This document shows, in pieces, positions 8,161 to 18,004 of a DNA stretch of 56,147 nucleotides. The notes under the pieces were generated by a model that saw only the letters and a list, made by a program, of their open reading frames with translations, had not been told where the DNA came from and ran no database searches. A program made the translations under genes and the position numbers. Origin of the DNA: a virus (Duplodnaviria; Caudoviricetes); the IMG/VR virus record IMGVR_UViG_3300036760_000361, positions 1-56,147 of that record, one strand, 5' to 3'. The first letter of the stretch is position 1; every line of letters begins with the position of its first letter.

Positions 8161-8802
8161 ATGTCAAAAAAGTATAGAATCAACAAGGATAGTAGAGTTA
8201 TGGCATTGAAGGATTTTGGTGATGTCAAAAAAGGAGATATTGGAGGATTTATAAAGCATGAAAGAAACTTATCACAGGTAGGCAAGGCGTGGATATACAA
8301 TAATGCATGGGTTTATGATGATGCAATGGTATGCGGAAACGCAAAAGTATATGGTGATGCATGGATATATGGCTATGCAACGCTATATGATAACGCAACA
8401 GTGTTTGATAAAGCAAGAGTATGTGGTAGTGCAAAGGTATATGGTGATGCAGGGATATATGGTAATGTAGCTATATACGGTAATGCATGTATTTACGATA
8501 ATGCAGAGATATATGGTCATGCAAAGATATGCGGTAATGCTAAAATATGTGGTAATGCGTGGATAGATAGCCATGCAACAGTACTCGGCGATACGTGGAA
8601 TACATCTCCATTATATATTCAAGGCTCTGTGTATAGTCTTACAAATTCAAAATATGGATATATTACTATAGGTTGTATCACATTATCTTTTGAAGATTGG
8701 AAAAAAGAAGGATTGAAAATAGCAAAGGAATATAATTTTACGGAAGAACAGATAGAGGAATATAAAGCATACATTGAATTATTTACCAAAATAGGAAAGT
8801 AA
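8161..8802 (+). CDS. Hexapeptide-repeat (left-handed beta-helix) protein
   Basis: ALKDFGDVKKGDIGGFI N-terminus and [VI]YG[ND]A repeats. Confidence 0.85.
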   Translation: MSKKYRINKDSRVMALKDFGDVKKGDIGGFIKHERNLSQVGKAWIYNNAWVYDDAMVCGNAKVYGDAWIYGYATLYDNATVFDKARVCGSAKVYGDAGIYGNVAIYGNACIYDNAEIYGHAKICGNAKICGNAWIDSHATVLGDTWNTSPLYIQGSVYSLTNSKYGYITIGCITLSFEDWKKEGLKIAKEYNFTEEQIEEYKAYIELFTKIGK

Positions 8803-8814
8803 GGGAGGATTAGA

Positions 8815-9288
8815 ATGTCAAAAAAGTATGAAATAAACAAAGATGGTAGGGTTGTAGCAGTAAGAGACTTTGGTAATGTCAAGGAGGGGAATGTCGGAGG
8901 ATTTATTGAAAACGAAAAGAATTTATCTCACAATGGCGATTGTTGGGTATATGATAACGCAAGGGTATATGGTACTGCAAGGGTATCTGGTAATGCAAAA
9001 GTATACGGTAATGCATACGTATACGGTAATGCATACATTTATGATAATGCACTGGTCTATGGCGACACAAGGGTCTTTGGTACTGCAAGGGTATATGGTA
9101 ATGCAAGGGTGTCTGGTCATGCAGGGGTATATGGTGATGCAAAAGTATATGGTAGTGCGTGGATATATGATAAAGCACAACTAAGTGATAATGCAATAGC
9201 ACATGACCATGCACAGGTATACGGTCATGTAAGTCTGTCTGGTAATGTAACATTATGTGGAAAAGAAAGGATATTCGATTGTGATTAG
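8815..9288 (+). CDS. Hexapeptide-repeat protein, paralog of 8161..8802
   Basis: MSKKYEINKD...DFGNVKEG N-terminus; VYGNAx repeats. Confidence 0.85.
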   Translation: MSKKYEINKDGRVVAVRDFGNVKEGNVGGFIENEKNLSHNGDCWVYDNARVYGTARVSGNAKVYGNAYVYGNAYIYDNALVYGDTRVFGTARVYGNARVSGHAGVYGDAKVYGSAWIYDKAQLSDNAIAHDHAQVYGHVSLSGNVTLCGKERIFDCD

Positions 9289-9355
9289 GATAAATTTCTT
9301 TTTATAAAAAGAGACAAGTAGTATAAATAATTTAAAAAAGAAAGGAGAATATAAA

Positions 9356-9706
9356 ATGAATTACAAGAATCATATCGGGGATGGTAAGTTGCCCAACAGA
9401 TATTGGGTTTTTCAGTATGATGAGGAAGTTATATTAAACGAAGATGGTGAATGGTTTTCAAATAACGACACAGAGCTACAAAAGGATAGCTTTCTTGGAG
9501 AATTTAAGACTTACAAGGATGCCCTAAAATGCGTGGATACGGTAGCAACTTATCCGCATAGGGTTATTGAAGATAGAGTAAGCGGTCAAATATTTGAATC
9601 AATAGTTATAGTCTGTCCTTGTTGCGGAAAAAAAGAATATAAAGAGTCTCATGAGACAAAATATACGAAAGAATTTATGGAAAAGAATGGAGTTGAATTT
9701 GAATAA
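9356..9706 (+). CDS. Hypothetical protein
   Basis: AGGAG RBS; CPCCG motif. Confidence 0.7.
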   Translation: MNYKNHIGDGKLPNRYWVFQYDEEVILNEDGEWFSNNDTELQKDSFLGEFKTYKDALKCVDTVATYPHRVIEDRVSGQIFESIVIVCPCCGKKEYKESHETKYTKEFMEKNGVEFE

Positions 9707-9911
9707 ATTGTAAATAAAAATTAAGAACGAAAGGTGGTGAGAAAGATAATGAAACCAGGGAAGTTTTTAGAATTTTTGAAGAAAAATGACATAGCAATAG
9801 CATTGAGAATGTCAAGGGAAGAAAATATAACTTATGATAAGGCATTTTATAATTTGTATCATGAAGTTATTTTTCCTTTAATGGAAACTTTAGGAGAAAG
9901 GATAAATTAAG

Positions 9912-10349
9912 ATGATAAAAGAAGAAAATTTGAAAATAGCTCAAGGGTTGGTAGATGCACTATGCATTTGTCTTGTCAAAGATTCATGGACAGATTGGGA
10001 CAGGGAAGACAAAATTAATTGGGAAAAGGCCAACGAAATAAGACATAGTTTAGGAGGAAAAATAAATGGTGCAGATTTATTTCATTCCTTGAGGGCAATG
10101 GAAAGGCAGGAATGTAAAATGACAAAAACATTTTATAGGTTAACAATTAAAGGTTGTGAAACCATCGAGTTACAAGGAACACTTAATGAAATAATTAAAT
10201 ACTTTCTTGAAAGCGACAAGAATATATGGGAATTTAATGATTACTATGATATTTATAAAATAGAATATAAGGAGGAACTGTATTCAGAATTTGATTTTTT
10301 CGCTGATGTAAATAGTTATTCATTAAAGAAGAAAGCTATACTTAAATGA
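9912..10349 (+). CDS. Hypothetical protein
   Basis: ATGA overlap with the primase gene. Confidence 0.6.
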   Translation: MIKEENLKIAQGLVDALCICLVKDSWTDWDREDKINWEKANEIRHSLGGKINGADLFHSLRAMERQECKMTKTFYRLTIKGCETIELQGTLNEIIKYFLESDKNIWEFNDYYDIYKIEYKEELYSEFDFFADVNSYSLKKKAILK

Positions 10350-11185
10350 AATATTTACTTACAGATGTAGCTAAAAAATTAAATATAGAAGTCCATCATG
10401 GCAATATGATTTTTTGTCCATTTCATAATGACACAAAACCTTCCTGCTGGCTCAAGGGAACTATTTATTATTGCTTTGGTTGCCATAAGCATGGTGATGC
10501 AATTAATTTTGTGCAAAATATATTGCATTATACTTATCAAGAGGCAAAAGTATTTTTAGAAAACGGATTTACGGAAGTAGCAGAAATTTCGCCATCACGT
10601 GGCGAAATACGCAAACACAAAATATGGTGGACAAGGCATGTTTATGCCTATCTTTATTCTATCCGAGACGAAAAAACAATAAGAGATTATTTTGAAAAAC
10701 GTCATGTTTTATATCATCCTGAAATGGGATGTATTATTTATACTGATAAGGATAACATACTGTATGTTGGTATTCCAATGCCAACCCCTGAGCATTTGAT
10801 AGGCGTAGAGTGCAGGTCAGTTGATGGTCATTTAAGAAAATCCTTTGGTGCTAAAACCTTATGGATATTGCCGAAAAATATAGAAAGATTCCTGATAACG
10901 GAAAGTGTCCTTGATTCCCTTGCAGGTGAACGCTTATTGCAAGATAAAGAAATGTCATTATGTTCCTTAAACGGAACTGGCAATGCAGGTAAGGTTAAGT
11001 ATTTGATTGAGCAATATAAACCAAAGCATATTCATCTTGCGTTAGATTATGATAGGGCTGGCATAGGGGCATTAGATATTTGTATAGATTTATGTGAAGA
11101 ATATAAGGTTCATTGGACAGTATGTAAGTTTACTGGAAAAGATTTACATAAAAATTTAACCGAAAGGATGGTAAATATAAAATGA
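10346..11185 (+). CDS. DNA primase (CHC2 zinc finger + TOPRIM)
   Basis: CPFHNDTKPS...YCFGC; TOPRIM ITESVLD and ALDYDRAG motifs. Confidence 0.88.
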   Translation: MKYLLTDVAKKLNIEVHHGNMIFCPFHNDTKPSCWLKGTIYYCFGCHKHGDAINFVQNILHYTYQEAKVFLENGFTEVAEISPSRGEIRKHKIWWTRHVYAYLYSIRDEKTIRDYFEKRHVLYHPEMGCIIYTDKDNILYVGIPMPTPEHLIGVECRSVDGHLRKSFGAKTLWILPKNIERFLITESVLDSLAGERLLQDKEMSLCSLNGTGNAGKVKYLIEQYKPKHIHLALDYDRAGIGALDICIDLCEEYKVHWTVCKFTGKDLHKNLTERMVNIK

Positions 11186-11385
11186 AAGATTTTTTTGATA
11201 AGGTAGAGGAATTGGGAAAAGGAATATGGATAGACGAAGAGGAAGAAATGGACATTGACATTTCTGACGAAATATGTTATGATAAGGGAAAAACTATTAA
11301 GCTCAAAACTGGATATGTATGTTTTGAGTGTGATAGAAATGTTCTTGCATTTTCTCAACCCTTTACGTGTGAGGAGCATGAATAA
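11182..11385 (+). CDS. Small acidic hypothetical protein
   Basis: Coupled start/stop with both neighbours. Confidence 0.6.
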   Translation: MKDFFDKVEELGKGIWIDEEEEMDIDISDEICYDKGKTIKLKTGYVCFECDRNVLAFSQPFTCEEHE

Positions 11386-11570
11386 TGACAATAAAATATC
11401 CGTGCAATAGATGTCCAAGTTGTGCGTGGGAAGAATGTTCTCACGAGAATCCGTATAACTCAAAGACTGGTTATGACTGTGTTCACTTTGCTACATACGT
11501 AGAACAAGATTATATATTAAGAAAAAATTCTTATTGCAAAGAAACAAAAAGGAAAGCAGACAATGATTAG
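11385..11570 (+). CDS. Small Cys-rich hypothetical protein
   Basis: CxxCxxC...C; GAGGAG RBS. Confidence 0.6.
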   Translation: MTIKYPCNRCPSCAWEECSHENPYNSKTGYDCVHFATYVEQDYILRKNSYCKETKRKADND

Positions 11571-11964
11571 CGAAATATTACAATGGGAAAATGCTATGTT
11601 TATTTTTATAATTCTATTTATAGCATGTTACTTATTGGATAATTATACAAGGGAAAATATTGGATGGTATGATGATGACGAGGAGGAATAATGTCTACAA
11701 ATTATATTGCTATGGTATTCTTAATGTTATTGATATTTAGTTTACTTGTAGACAACTTTAAAATAAGAAAGTAAAAAGGAATAATATGTCTGATAAACTA
11801 AAAATATTACATGATGATTTAGTAATATATATCCCCGGAAAGAAACCAGTTGTTTTTTCCTTGTCAAAGGAAGAAAGAGACTTCTTGTTAGAATTGAAAC
11901 GTATATTCTGTTTGAATGATATTCTTGTAGTGGAAGAAGATGCAAAAGACTAAATATCTCTTGT

Positions 11965-12219
11965 TAGTTATAATATATATTTATTTAATGTTAGATATAA
12001 TATATCTCTATTTAATGTTAGTTAGAATATATATTTATTTAATATTAATTAGAATATATATATTCTTAAAGAATATATATATATTAGCGGAATTAGATTT
12101 TAATTTTATACACACTATTGTGGGTATACGCACTATAGTGTGTAAGCAAGGTTTTTATAAGTCATTGATTATAAACAATAAAGTGGACTTTTTATACGCA
12201 CTATAGTGTGTAAGCAAGG
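11965..12219. repeat. Origin-like locus B: AT-rich ~27-bp repeats, three 18-bp palindromes and an IHF site
   Basis: ATATATnTnTATTTAATRTTAR repeats; palindromes at 12109, 12127 and 12195; TAAGTCATTGATT (IHF, - strand) at 12158-12170. Confidence 0.8.
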
Positions 12220-12237
12220 ACATAGTAAATATCTGGT

Positions 12238-12266
12238 TTGACATTTATGCTAAATTATGTTATGCT
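12238..12266 (+). promoter_or_regulatory. Sigma70-type promoter
   Basis: TTGACA-17 nt-TATGCT with extended TG, before an AGGAGG RBS. Confidence 0.75.
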
Positions 12267-12293
12267 AAAGATGTGTTTAGAAAGGAGGAGTAA

Positions 12294-12515
12294 ATGGAAT
12301 ATTTATTAACGTTGGAAGTAAGAGAAACAGGTGAGACCGAAAACAAGAATGAGGCGTTCGCTGATGTCGTTCTTGTTTATGGAACTAATGATTTTTCGTC
12401 TGGGACATTAGTATCTCAGGCACTCCAGGCATTGATTCCTGGCTTGCTTGGTGAGGTTTATGTAAAACTTGACCAAATGCAGAGACCAGCATCTTATACG
12501 GAGAATATGGAATGA
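12294..12515 (+). CDS. Hypothetical protein
   Basis: Strong AAGGAGG RBS after the promoter. Confidence 0.75.
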   Translation: MEYLLTLEVRETGETENKNEAFADVVLVYGTNDFSSGTLVSQALQALIPGLLGEVYVKLDQMQRPASYTENME

Positions 12516-12644
12516 GATACTTAGTTGTATTTTTATTTCTTATTACGTGTATTACTACAGAAATAGATAATCAAATATGTATCCAATGTTGCGACTTTAA
12601 TGGATGTCAAATATGGTGCAAGGTAAAATAGGGAGGGCTAATTT

Positions 12645-12872
12645 ATGATACCAATAATACGAGAACAACCGAAGGAAGAGAAAGGGGTTGTTAAATTTTT
12701 CTTAGAAAAAGGAGAGCGTGAAGGCTTGATATATTTAATGGCTGAGGAAGGCCACATTGAGTGGGTTATTTTAAAAATTGATAGTAATGGAATATATCCT
12801 TGCACAGATATAGGGTCAAATGTTATTCCAACCGATGAGGAAGGAAGAATAAAAATAAAGAGGTGGAAATAA
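12645..12872 (+). CDS. Hypothetical protein
   Basis: GGAGG RBS; adjacent to ssb. Confidence 0.7.
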   Translation: MIPIIREQPKEEKGVVKFFLEKGEREGLIYLMAEEGHIEWVILKIDSNGIYPCTDIGSNVIPTDEEGRIKIKRWK

Positions 12873-12873
12873 T

Positions 12874-13275
12874 ATGTATTATAACAAAACTATTTTAGCA
12901 GGATTTTTGGTTCGAGACCCTGAATTGAGATATTTACCAAGCGGAACTGCCGTTGGAACATTCACGCTTGCTGTTCAGGACAGGTATGGTGAGAAGAAAG
13001 ATACATGCTTTATAGATGTAACTACCTTTGGTAAACTTGCAGAAAACGTTTGTAAGTTTACAAAGAAAGGTAGTAATGTTCTTGTAGATGGCAGATTACA
13101 ATTACAGATGTGGGAAAGCAAAGGTCAAAAAAGACAAAAGCATCAGGTTATAGCAATGTCAGTTATATTTATTACAAGAACTACAGAAGAAGTAAATGTT
13201 CCAAATGCTACCGTTCCAAATACTACCGTTCCACCTGTGCTTACAGATGATGACGTTGATTTAGAGCCATTCTAA
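12874..13275 (+). CDS. ssb: Single-stranded DNA-binding protein
   Basis: NKxxLxG...DPELRY OB-fold motif, KGxxVxVxGRL, acidic DDDVDLEPF tail. Confidence 0.96.
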   Translation: MYYNKTILAGFLVRDPELRYLPSGTAVGTFTLAVQDRYGEKKDTCFIDVTTFGKLAENVCKFTKKGSNVLVDGRLQLQMWESKGQKRQKHQVIAMSVIFITRTTEEVNVPNATVPNTTVPPVLTDDDVDLEPF

Positions 13276-13285
13276 GGAGACATAT

Positions 13286-13774
13286 ATGATAGTAAAATGC
13301 AATAAAAGATTTGATTGCCCAAATACAAAATGTGTGTGTAGTAAGGGCATAAATTCATATCCATTTTCTTTTACTTGTTTTTACACGGATGAAGAAGTAA
13401 GCGTAGAGGAAGAGGATGAAAGTGATAATGTATATATAGATGATTTTTCTTATAAACCTAAAAGCAATGAAGGAACTAAGTTTGATGACGGAAAATTGCG
13501 GTGGGATTTATTGCCATTTGATGCTCTTGAAGAAATAGTAAAAGTATATACTTATGGTTCTAAGAAATATGGAGACTATAATTATCTCGGTGGAATCAAG
13601 TATAGTAGAATAATAGGTGCTATGTTTAGGCACTTTAAGGCATGGTGGAGCGGAGAGAATATTGATGAGGAATCTGGATTACCACACTTATCCCACATGG
13701 CGTGGAATGTTATTACCCTGCTTGTTTTTTCTATAAGAAATAGAAAGGAATTAGATGATAGAAAAAATAAATAA
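13286..13774 (+). CDS. dATP/dGTP diphosphohydrolase domain protein (DUF5664-like)
   Basis: KFDDGKLRWDLLP...GSKKYG...N...RH...GE-x-x-D-x-ESGLPHL-x-H-x-x-WN. Confidence 0.85.
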   Translation: MIVKCNKRFDCPNTKCVCSKGINSYPFSFTCFYTDEEVSVEEEDESDNVYIDDFSYKPKSNEGTKFDDGKLRWDLLPFDALEEIVKVYTYGSKKYGDYNYLGGIKYSRIIGAMFRHFKAWWSGENIDEESGLPHLSHMAWNVITLLVFSIRNRKELDDRKNK

Positions 13775-13804
13775 TCAATTAATAAACTTAGAAAGGAGGA
13801 GCGA

Positions 13805-14650
13805 ATGAGATTAGCAGGTGATGTTGATAAAGTATATAAAGAACTTTCTGAACTTCTGCCTAAAGAAGCGATTCAAAAAGCAGATAAGTCTGAGACGAAA
13901 AAGGGATACTCTACTGCTGGTTATGGATACCAGTATATCATAAACAGACTTAATGAGGTCTGTCATGTAGACGGATGGGGTTATGATTACAAGATTGTTG
14001 AAACATCCTCTGGAACATTCCAGAGTGGTAAGCCATACATAGACATAACAGTTGAGGTAACCATTAATATCTATCTTGCTGGAATGGATAACATCATAAC
14101 TATTTCAAGGAAATGCATTGGAAGTCATATATCTTCTGTTTATGGGGATGCACTCAAGGGTGCATTAACCAATGGAATTAAAAAAACCGCTGCTCTTTTT
14201 GGCGTGGGAAACCAAGCGTATCTTGGAATATTGGATGATGATGTTACCTATGAAGATGAGATAGGTGGCACTAAATTGCCCCCAGAGCCCAAGCCACAAC
14301 CACAAAAGCCCGAACTACAGCCACAGGCCAATATCCAACCAGAGAGGCCAAAGAAGCTATCTGACGAAGCCAAGAAGCTATTTGGTATTATTGTTAAAAT
14401 TGTAGGAAAAGATAAACATAAGATTACTGAATTGTTGCAATATGTAACAGGCAAGACGAGTCTTTACGATATTCCAGAGAGCGACATTCCAGCAATAACA
14501 ATTCAGATAAGTAAAGTTTTCAAGGAATGTCCAAGAGGAAAGAATCCCTGTGATTATTCTGAATGGGATAATTTAGGGGTTATTTGGTGTAAAAAAACTG
14601 GCAAGAAATGTCTTTTTCCAGAAGGTGAAAAGACGACGGAGGCTAAGTAA
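13805..14650 (+). CDS. Rad52/Sak-family single-strand annealing protein
   Basis: IINRLNEV...W...KGALTNGIKKTAALFGVG-x-x-x-Y; Pro-rich linker. Confidence 0.85.
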   Translation: MRLAGDVDKVYKELSELLPKEAIQKADKSETKKGYSTAGYGYQYIINRLNEVCHVDGWGYDYKIVETSSGTFQSGKPYIDITVEVTINIYLAGMDNIITISRKCIGSHISSVYGDALKGALTNGIKKTAALFGVGNQAYLGILDDDVTYEDEIGGTKLPPEPKPQPQKPELQPQANIQPERPKKLSDEAKKLFGIIVKIVGKDKHKITELLQYVTGKTSLYDIPESDIPAITIQISKVFKECPRGKNPCDYSEWDNLGVIWCKKTGKKCLFPEGEKTTEAK

Positions 14651-14997
14651 TGATATATTTTTTGAGAAGTGAATATGTTATATTTAGATATGTTCGTTTT
14701 GGTGATAATTCCTATCCTATAATTAATCTTGATTCTATTGATAATATTTCTTTTAATGATACTATGATAGAGATTAAACTTAAGGGTGGAACTTGTATAA
14801 GATACAATGGTGAATATACAATAGAATATGAATGGAAAAATACCCCTAAAGAGGTATAAGAAAATGGTAATGACTAATTTACATAAGGATATTTTATTAA
14901 GTTATATTGAAGATATTGAGTGGGAACTAGTAAGGGAAGGGGATATTGTCAAGGCACTTGAAATATTAGATGTCTTGAAAATCTACATAAAGGAGGG

Positions 14998-15225
14998 ATG
15001 ATGAAAAGTTTATTTACATTATTGCTTTTGGTTTATTTGGGATGTATGCCATACCAAGTGTGGAATGTGCTGTCAGGTGCTATAAAGGCAGAGATAGGTA
15101 AGGATTATGCTTTATTTTATCTAACAGAAAAAGATTATTGTGATACGGCAACGGTTAGCGTGCAAACAAATGTAAAAAACAATACGGTTGAATTTTACGC
15201 TAATTGTGATAAGGTGAAGATATGA
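14998..15225 (+). CDS. Putative lipoprotein or secreted small protein
   Basis: N-terminal hydrophobic segment ending LGC. Confidence 0.5.
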   Translation: MMKSLFTLLLLVYLGCMPYQVWNVLSGAIKAEIGKDYALFYLTEKDYCDTATVSVQTNVKNNTVEFYANCDKVKI

Positions 15226-15416
15226 AAATACTTGAAACTATAACAAGACATAATATTACCTGTCCTTATTGTTACTCAAAATTCTCATTTTTAAAGGGAG
15301 ATATTTATAGAGTAACCATAGGTTGCATACGTGGAACTGTAGATGTAAATGGAATACCGTCTGATTTATATTGTCCTGTTTGTAGGGAACAAATTCCCAT
15401 TAGGGAAGAAAGGTGA
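15222..15416 (+). CDS. Zinc-ribbon protein (paralog 1)
   Basis: CPYC...SKFSFLKGDI...NGIPS-x-L-x-CPVC. Confidence 0.75.
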   Translation: MKILETITRHNITCPYCYSKFSFLKGDIYRVTIGCIRGTVDVNGIPSDLYCPVCREQIPIREER

Positions 15417-15429
15417 AGGGAGATAGGAT

Positions 15430-15618
15430 ATGGAAAACATTGAAGTAATAACAAGGTATAATGTTATTTGTCCTTCCTGTGAATCAAAGTTTTCGTTTTT
15501 AAAGGGAGACATTAACGCAATCATTGTAGACAGAGACATAAAAGAAAATGGGATACCGTCCAATCTAATTTGTCCTGTTTGTGGGCAGGTAATTCCGATA
15601 TGGGTGGAATATGAGTAA
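15430..15618 (+). CDS. Zinc-ribbon protein (paralog 2)
   Basis: CPSC...SKFSFLKGDI...NGIPS-x-L-x-CPVC. Confidence 0.75.
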   Translation: MENIEVITRYNVICPSCESKFSFLKGDINAIIVDRDIKENGIPSNLICPVCGQVIPIWVEYE

Positions 15619-15901
15619 AGAAAAATTTTTAAGTGAATCAGAGTATAATATGATATGGGATTTAATGGTTAGTAAGGGATTTCCAATGTTTCATCTTATT
15701 GCGTTTACGGTTGATGAGACAGGCAGGCCAAAGTTTAATATGGTAAGTGGTTTAACCCATGAAACAGATTGCTTACATTTACTTGAAATAGTAGAATTAT
15801 TCCACGAGCAATTAAAGAAAATGTGTAGCTCTATAGCTGATGGATACAGATACCCAGACCCCGATAAGGATGATTTTGGAAACCCAAGAGGGTCATGCTA
15901 A
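15611..15901 (+). CDS. Hypothetical protein
   Basis: Overlap-coupled ORF in the operon. Confidence 0.65.
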   Translation: MSKEKFLSESEYNMIWDLMVSKGFPMFHLIAFTVDETGRPKFNMVSGLTHETDCLHLLEIVELFHEQLKKMCSSIADGYRYPDPDKDDFGNPRGSC

Positions 15902-16131
15902 TGAGCGGAAAATATTTATCTAAGGAACAAAGAATGGACTCTAATTTCATTTTTGCTGTAATTGATGCCACAATAGCTGAATGGGGTAGGGCAAGATTAG
16001 ATTGTGGACACGAAACAGATGGAACAGAAATAGTGCTCATACCACAAAAAGATAAAACTTATCTTGCGGTATGTCCTCCATGCGAAAAAGAATATATGTT
16101 GAAAAAGGAAGAGGATAAGGTTGGAGATTAA
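15895..16131 (+). CDS. Hypothetical protein with CGH...CPPC
   Basis: Overlap-coupled ORF in the operon. Confidence 0.6.
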   Translation: MLMSGKYLSKEQRMDSNFIFAVIDATIAEWGRARLDCGHETDGTEIVLIPQKDKTYLAVCPPCEKEYMLKKEEDKVGD

Positions 16132-16951
16132 AGAAGATACTTCTATTAAGCAATTTATATTTGAAGAAATTCAAAGAAATTTAGGGAAAGAAGTCAGAGA
16201 AGGGATACATCTGAGCGACCTGTTATCTCCGAGAAAAGCATACTGGCAAAAAACAGTTCCCATGCTTCCAGAAACAAAAGAAATAATCTATTGGTTGAGT
16301 GGAAGGGGACATGAATCTGCATTTCTAAGAATATCAAATTTTGAGCATGGTGAGGCAAGGCAATGGGAAGGAATCTGGTATACCCCTGATATTCTATTTA
16401 ACTTTCCAGTTGAGATAAAAACCACCAGACGTGGATATTTGCCAAAAGAAGGAAATGAAGCCGAAAAATATGCTCATTATCTTAAACAGGTTAAGGGATA
16501 TTGTGCAATTACAAACAAGAAACAGGCATGGTTAATTGTGTGGTATCTGTCGTTATTTGATGCTGAGGGAAATAAAACAACTCCAGACTTTTTTACTTAT
16601 CGGGTAGAATTTACAGATGAAGAACTTGAGGAAGAAAGAAAGAGAATGTTATGGCAAAGAGACTTACTTTTAAAGGTATTGGAAACCCATGAATTTAATT
16701 TATTAGAGCCTTGCGAGGAATGGATGTGCTTCCGAAAAGAACGTGAAATGATTACTAAACCATTCTGTAAAACTTGCGATAAAGAATTTAATACATCGTG
16801 GGGAATAAACAAACACATAAATTCTAAAACTGGTGCTGGGCATGAGACAATAGATGCAACATATATAGAGAAAAGGGTTATCCAATGCAAATATTATGAA
16901 AGATGTATTGGTGGGGAAACAGAATTTTATGACTTTGGAGAGGAGGTATGA
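16121..16951 (+). CDS. PD-(D/E)XK / Cas4-like exonuclease with a C2H2 zinc-finger insert
   Basis: HLSDL..PR, G-x-x-HE, TPD, VEIKT, QxxxY; C-terminal Cys cluster. Confidence 0.8.
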   Translation: MEIKEDTSIKQFIFEEIQRNLGKEVREGIHLSDLLSPRKAYWQKTVPMLPETKEIIYWLSGRGHESAFLRISNFEHGEARQWEGIWYTPDILFNFPVEIKTTRRGYLPKEGNEAEKYAHYLKQVKGYCAITNKKQAWLIVWYLSLFDAEGNKTTPDFFTYRVEFTDEELEEERKRMLWQRDLLLKVLETHEFNLLEPCEEWMCFRKEREMITKPFCKTCDKEFNTSWGINKHINSKTGAGHETIDATYIEKRVIQCKYYERCIGGETEFYDFGEEV

Positions 16952-17569
16952 TGGTAACTGGTTTACATGATGGGTTTAGAACATTAGAATGTGGTGAAGT
17001 TAAAATCACCATAGTAGTCCCAAAGGAAAATGCTCAGGAAGCATTAAAAATGTGGCATAATAAAGTAGCAGTTATGACGTTAGATGAGGCTCAGGAATTA
17101 GCAAATAATATATGTAAGTGTGGTGGTGAATGTGAGAAAGAAACAGAAGAAACTGGAATATAAGTTACTCAAAGAACTTCCGTTCATGAAGAAAGGTTCT
17201 ATATTTATTTTTAACAAAATCGAGAATAAGGAAGGAGGATTTAGTTATTACTTTTCTTATGTTAAGGGTGGAGATAAAAATAAGGTTATCATTTTTTCTC
17301 AGGATATAGTAGAGAACTGTCCCAACTGGTTCAAGCCAGTCATAAAATCTGATACTAAGGGGGCATGGTATGAATAAATTAGATGGAAATTCAACATGTT
17401 TTGTTTGTAATAAAAAAGCAGATGGTTATATTGTGATTGAGGGCAGGGATGAAAATAGGAAGACAAGAAGAAAGGTAGAAATATTTTTATGTTCTAATCA
17501 CATGAGAGAGTGGACAGATAATGAACTCGATGATTTAATAATACAAATAATAAAAAAAGGAAGAAATGA

Positions 17570-17794
17570 ATGGTTCATAAAATAAAAAAACAAGTCCAGC
17601 ATGTATGTCAAGTAATGCCAGTAACGAACATTGTGGTTGGAATTGATTATAATAATCTTGCTATTAATGAAGCAGATAAGGTTCAGTTGAAATGGTCTAC
17701 CCTGTGCCAATGTGTAAAGTGTGGTAGAATTGTAGTAACGGATTCCCTTATTAAGCGGAAGGAAGAGGAGCTTATAACTACAGAGGGAGCATAA
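17570..17794 (+). CDS. Hypothetical protein
   Basis: Coupled ORF with a CxxCG motif. Confidence 0.6.
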   Translation: MVHKIKKQVQHVCQVMPVTNIVVGIDYNNLAINEADKVQLKWSTLCQCVKCGRIVVTDSLIKRKEEELITTEGA

Positions 17795-18004
17795 TGACAA
17801 AGAAGGCACAGAAAACTAAACTTGAGCGTCCCTTATATGATTATCTGAATGGTAATAAGGAAGTATTGTCTCGTGATGGTAAAACATATAATGTTGTTTT
17901 GTTGCCTAATTTCAGTGAGAGGTCTTTCATTACTATGGGAGACCTTGGCTTTTTAACTGGACAAGCACTTCTGGATTATTTAGAAATAAAGGAAAGGGAG
18001 TTTA

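Noticed and set aside
8249-9253. Alternative-frame and antisense ORFs over the hexapeptide genes
   Set aside because: Artefacts of the 18-bp periodicity
11940-12206. 88-aa ORF (IYIYL-rich)
   Set aside because: It is a translation of the AT-rich repeats and palindromes of locus B
13286-13774. 2-aminoadenine (dZ) genome pathway
   Set aside because: No PurZ or dedicated polymerase is present
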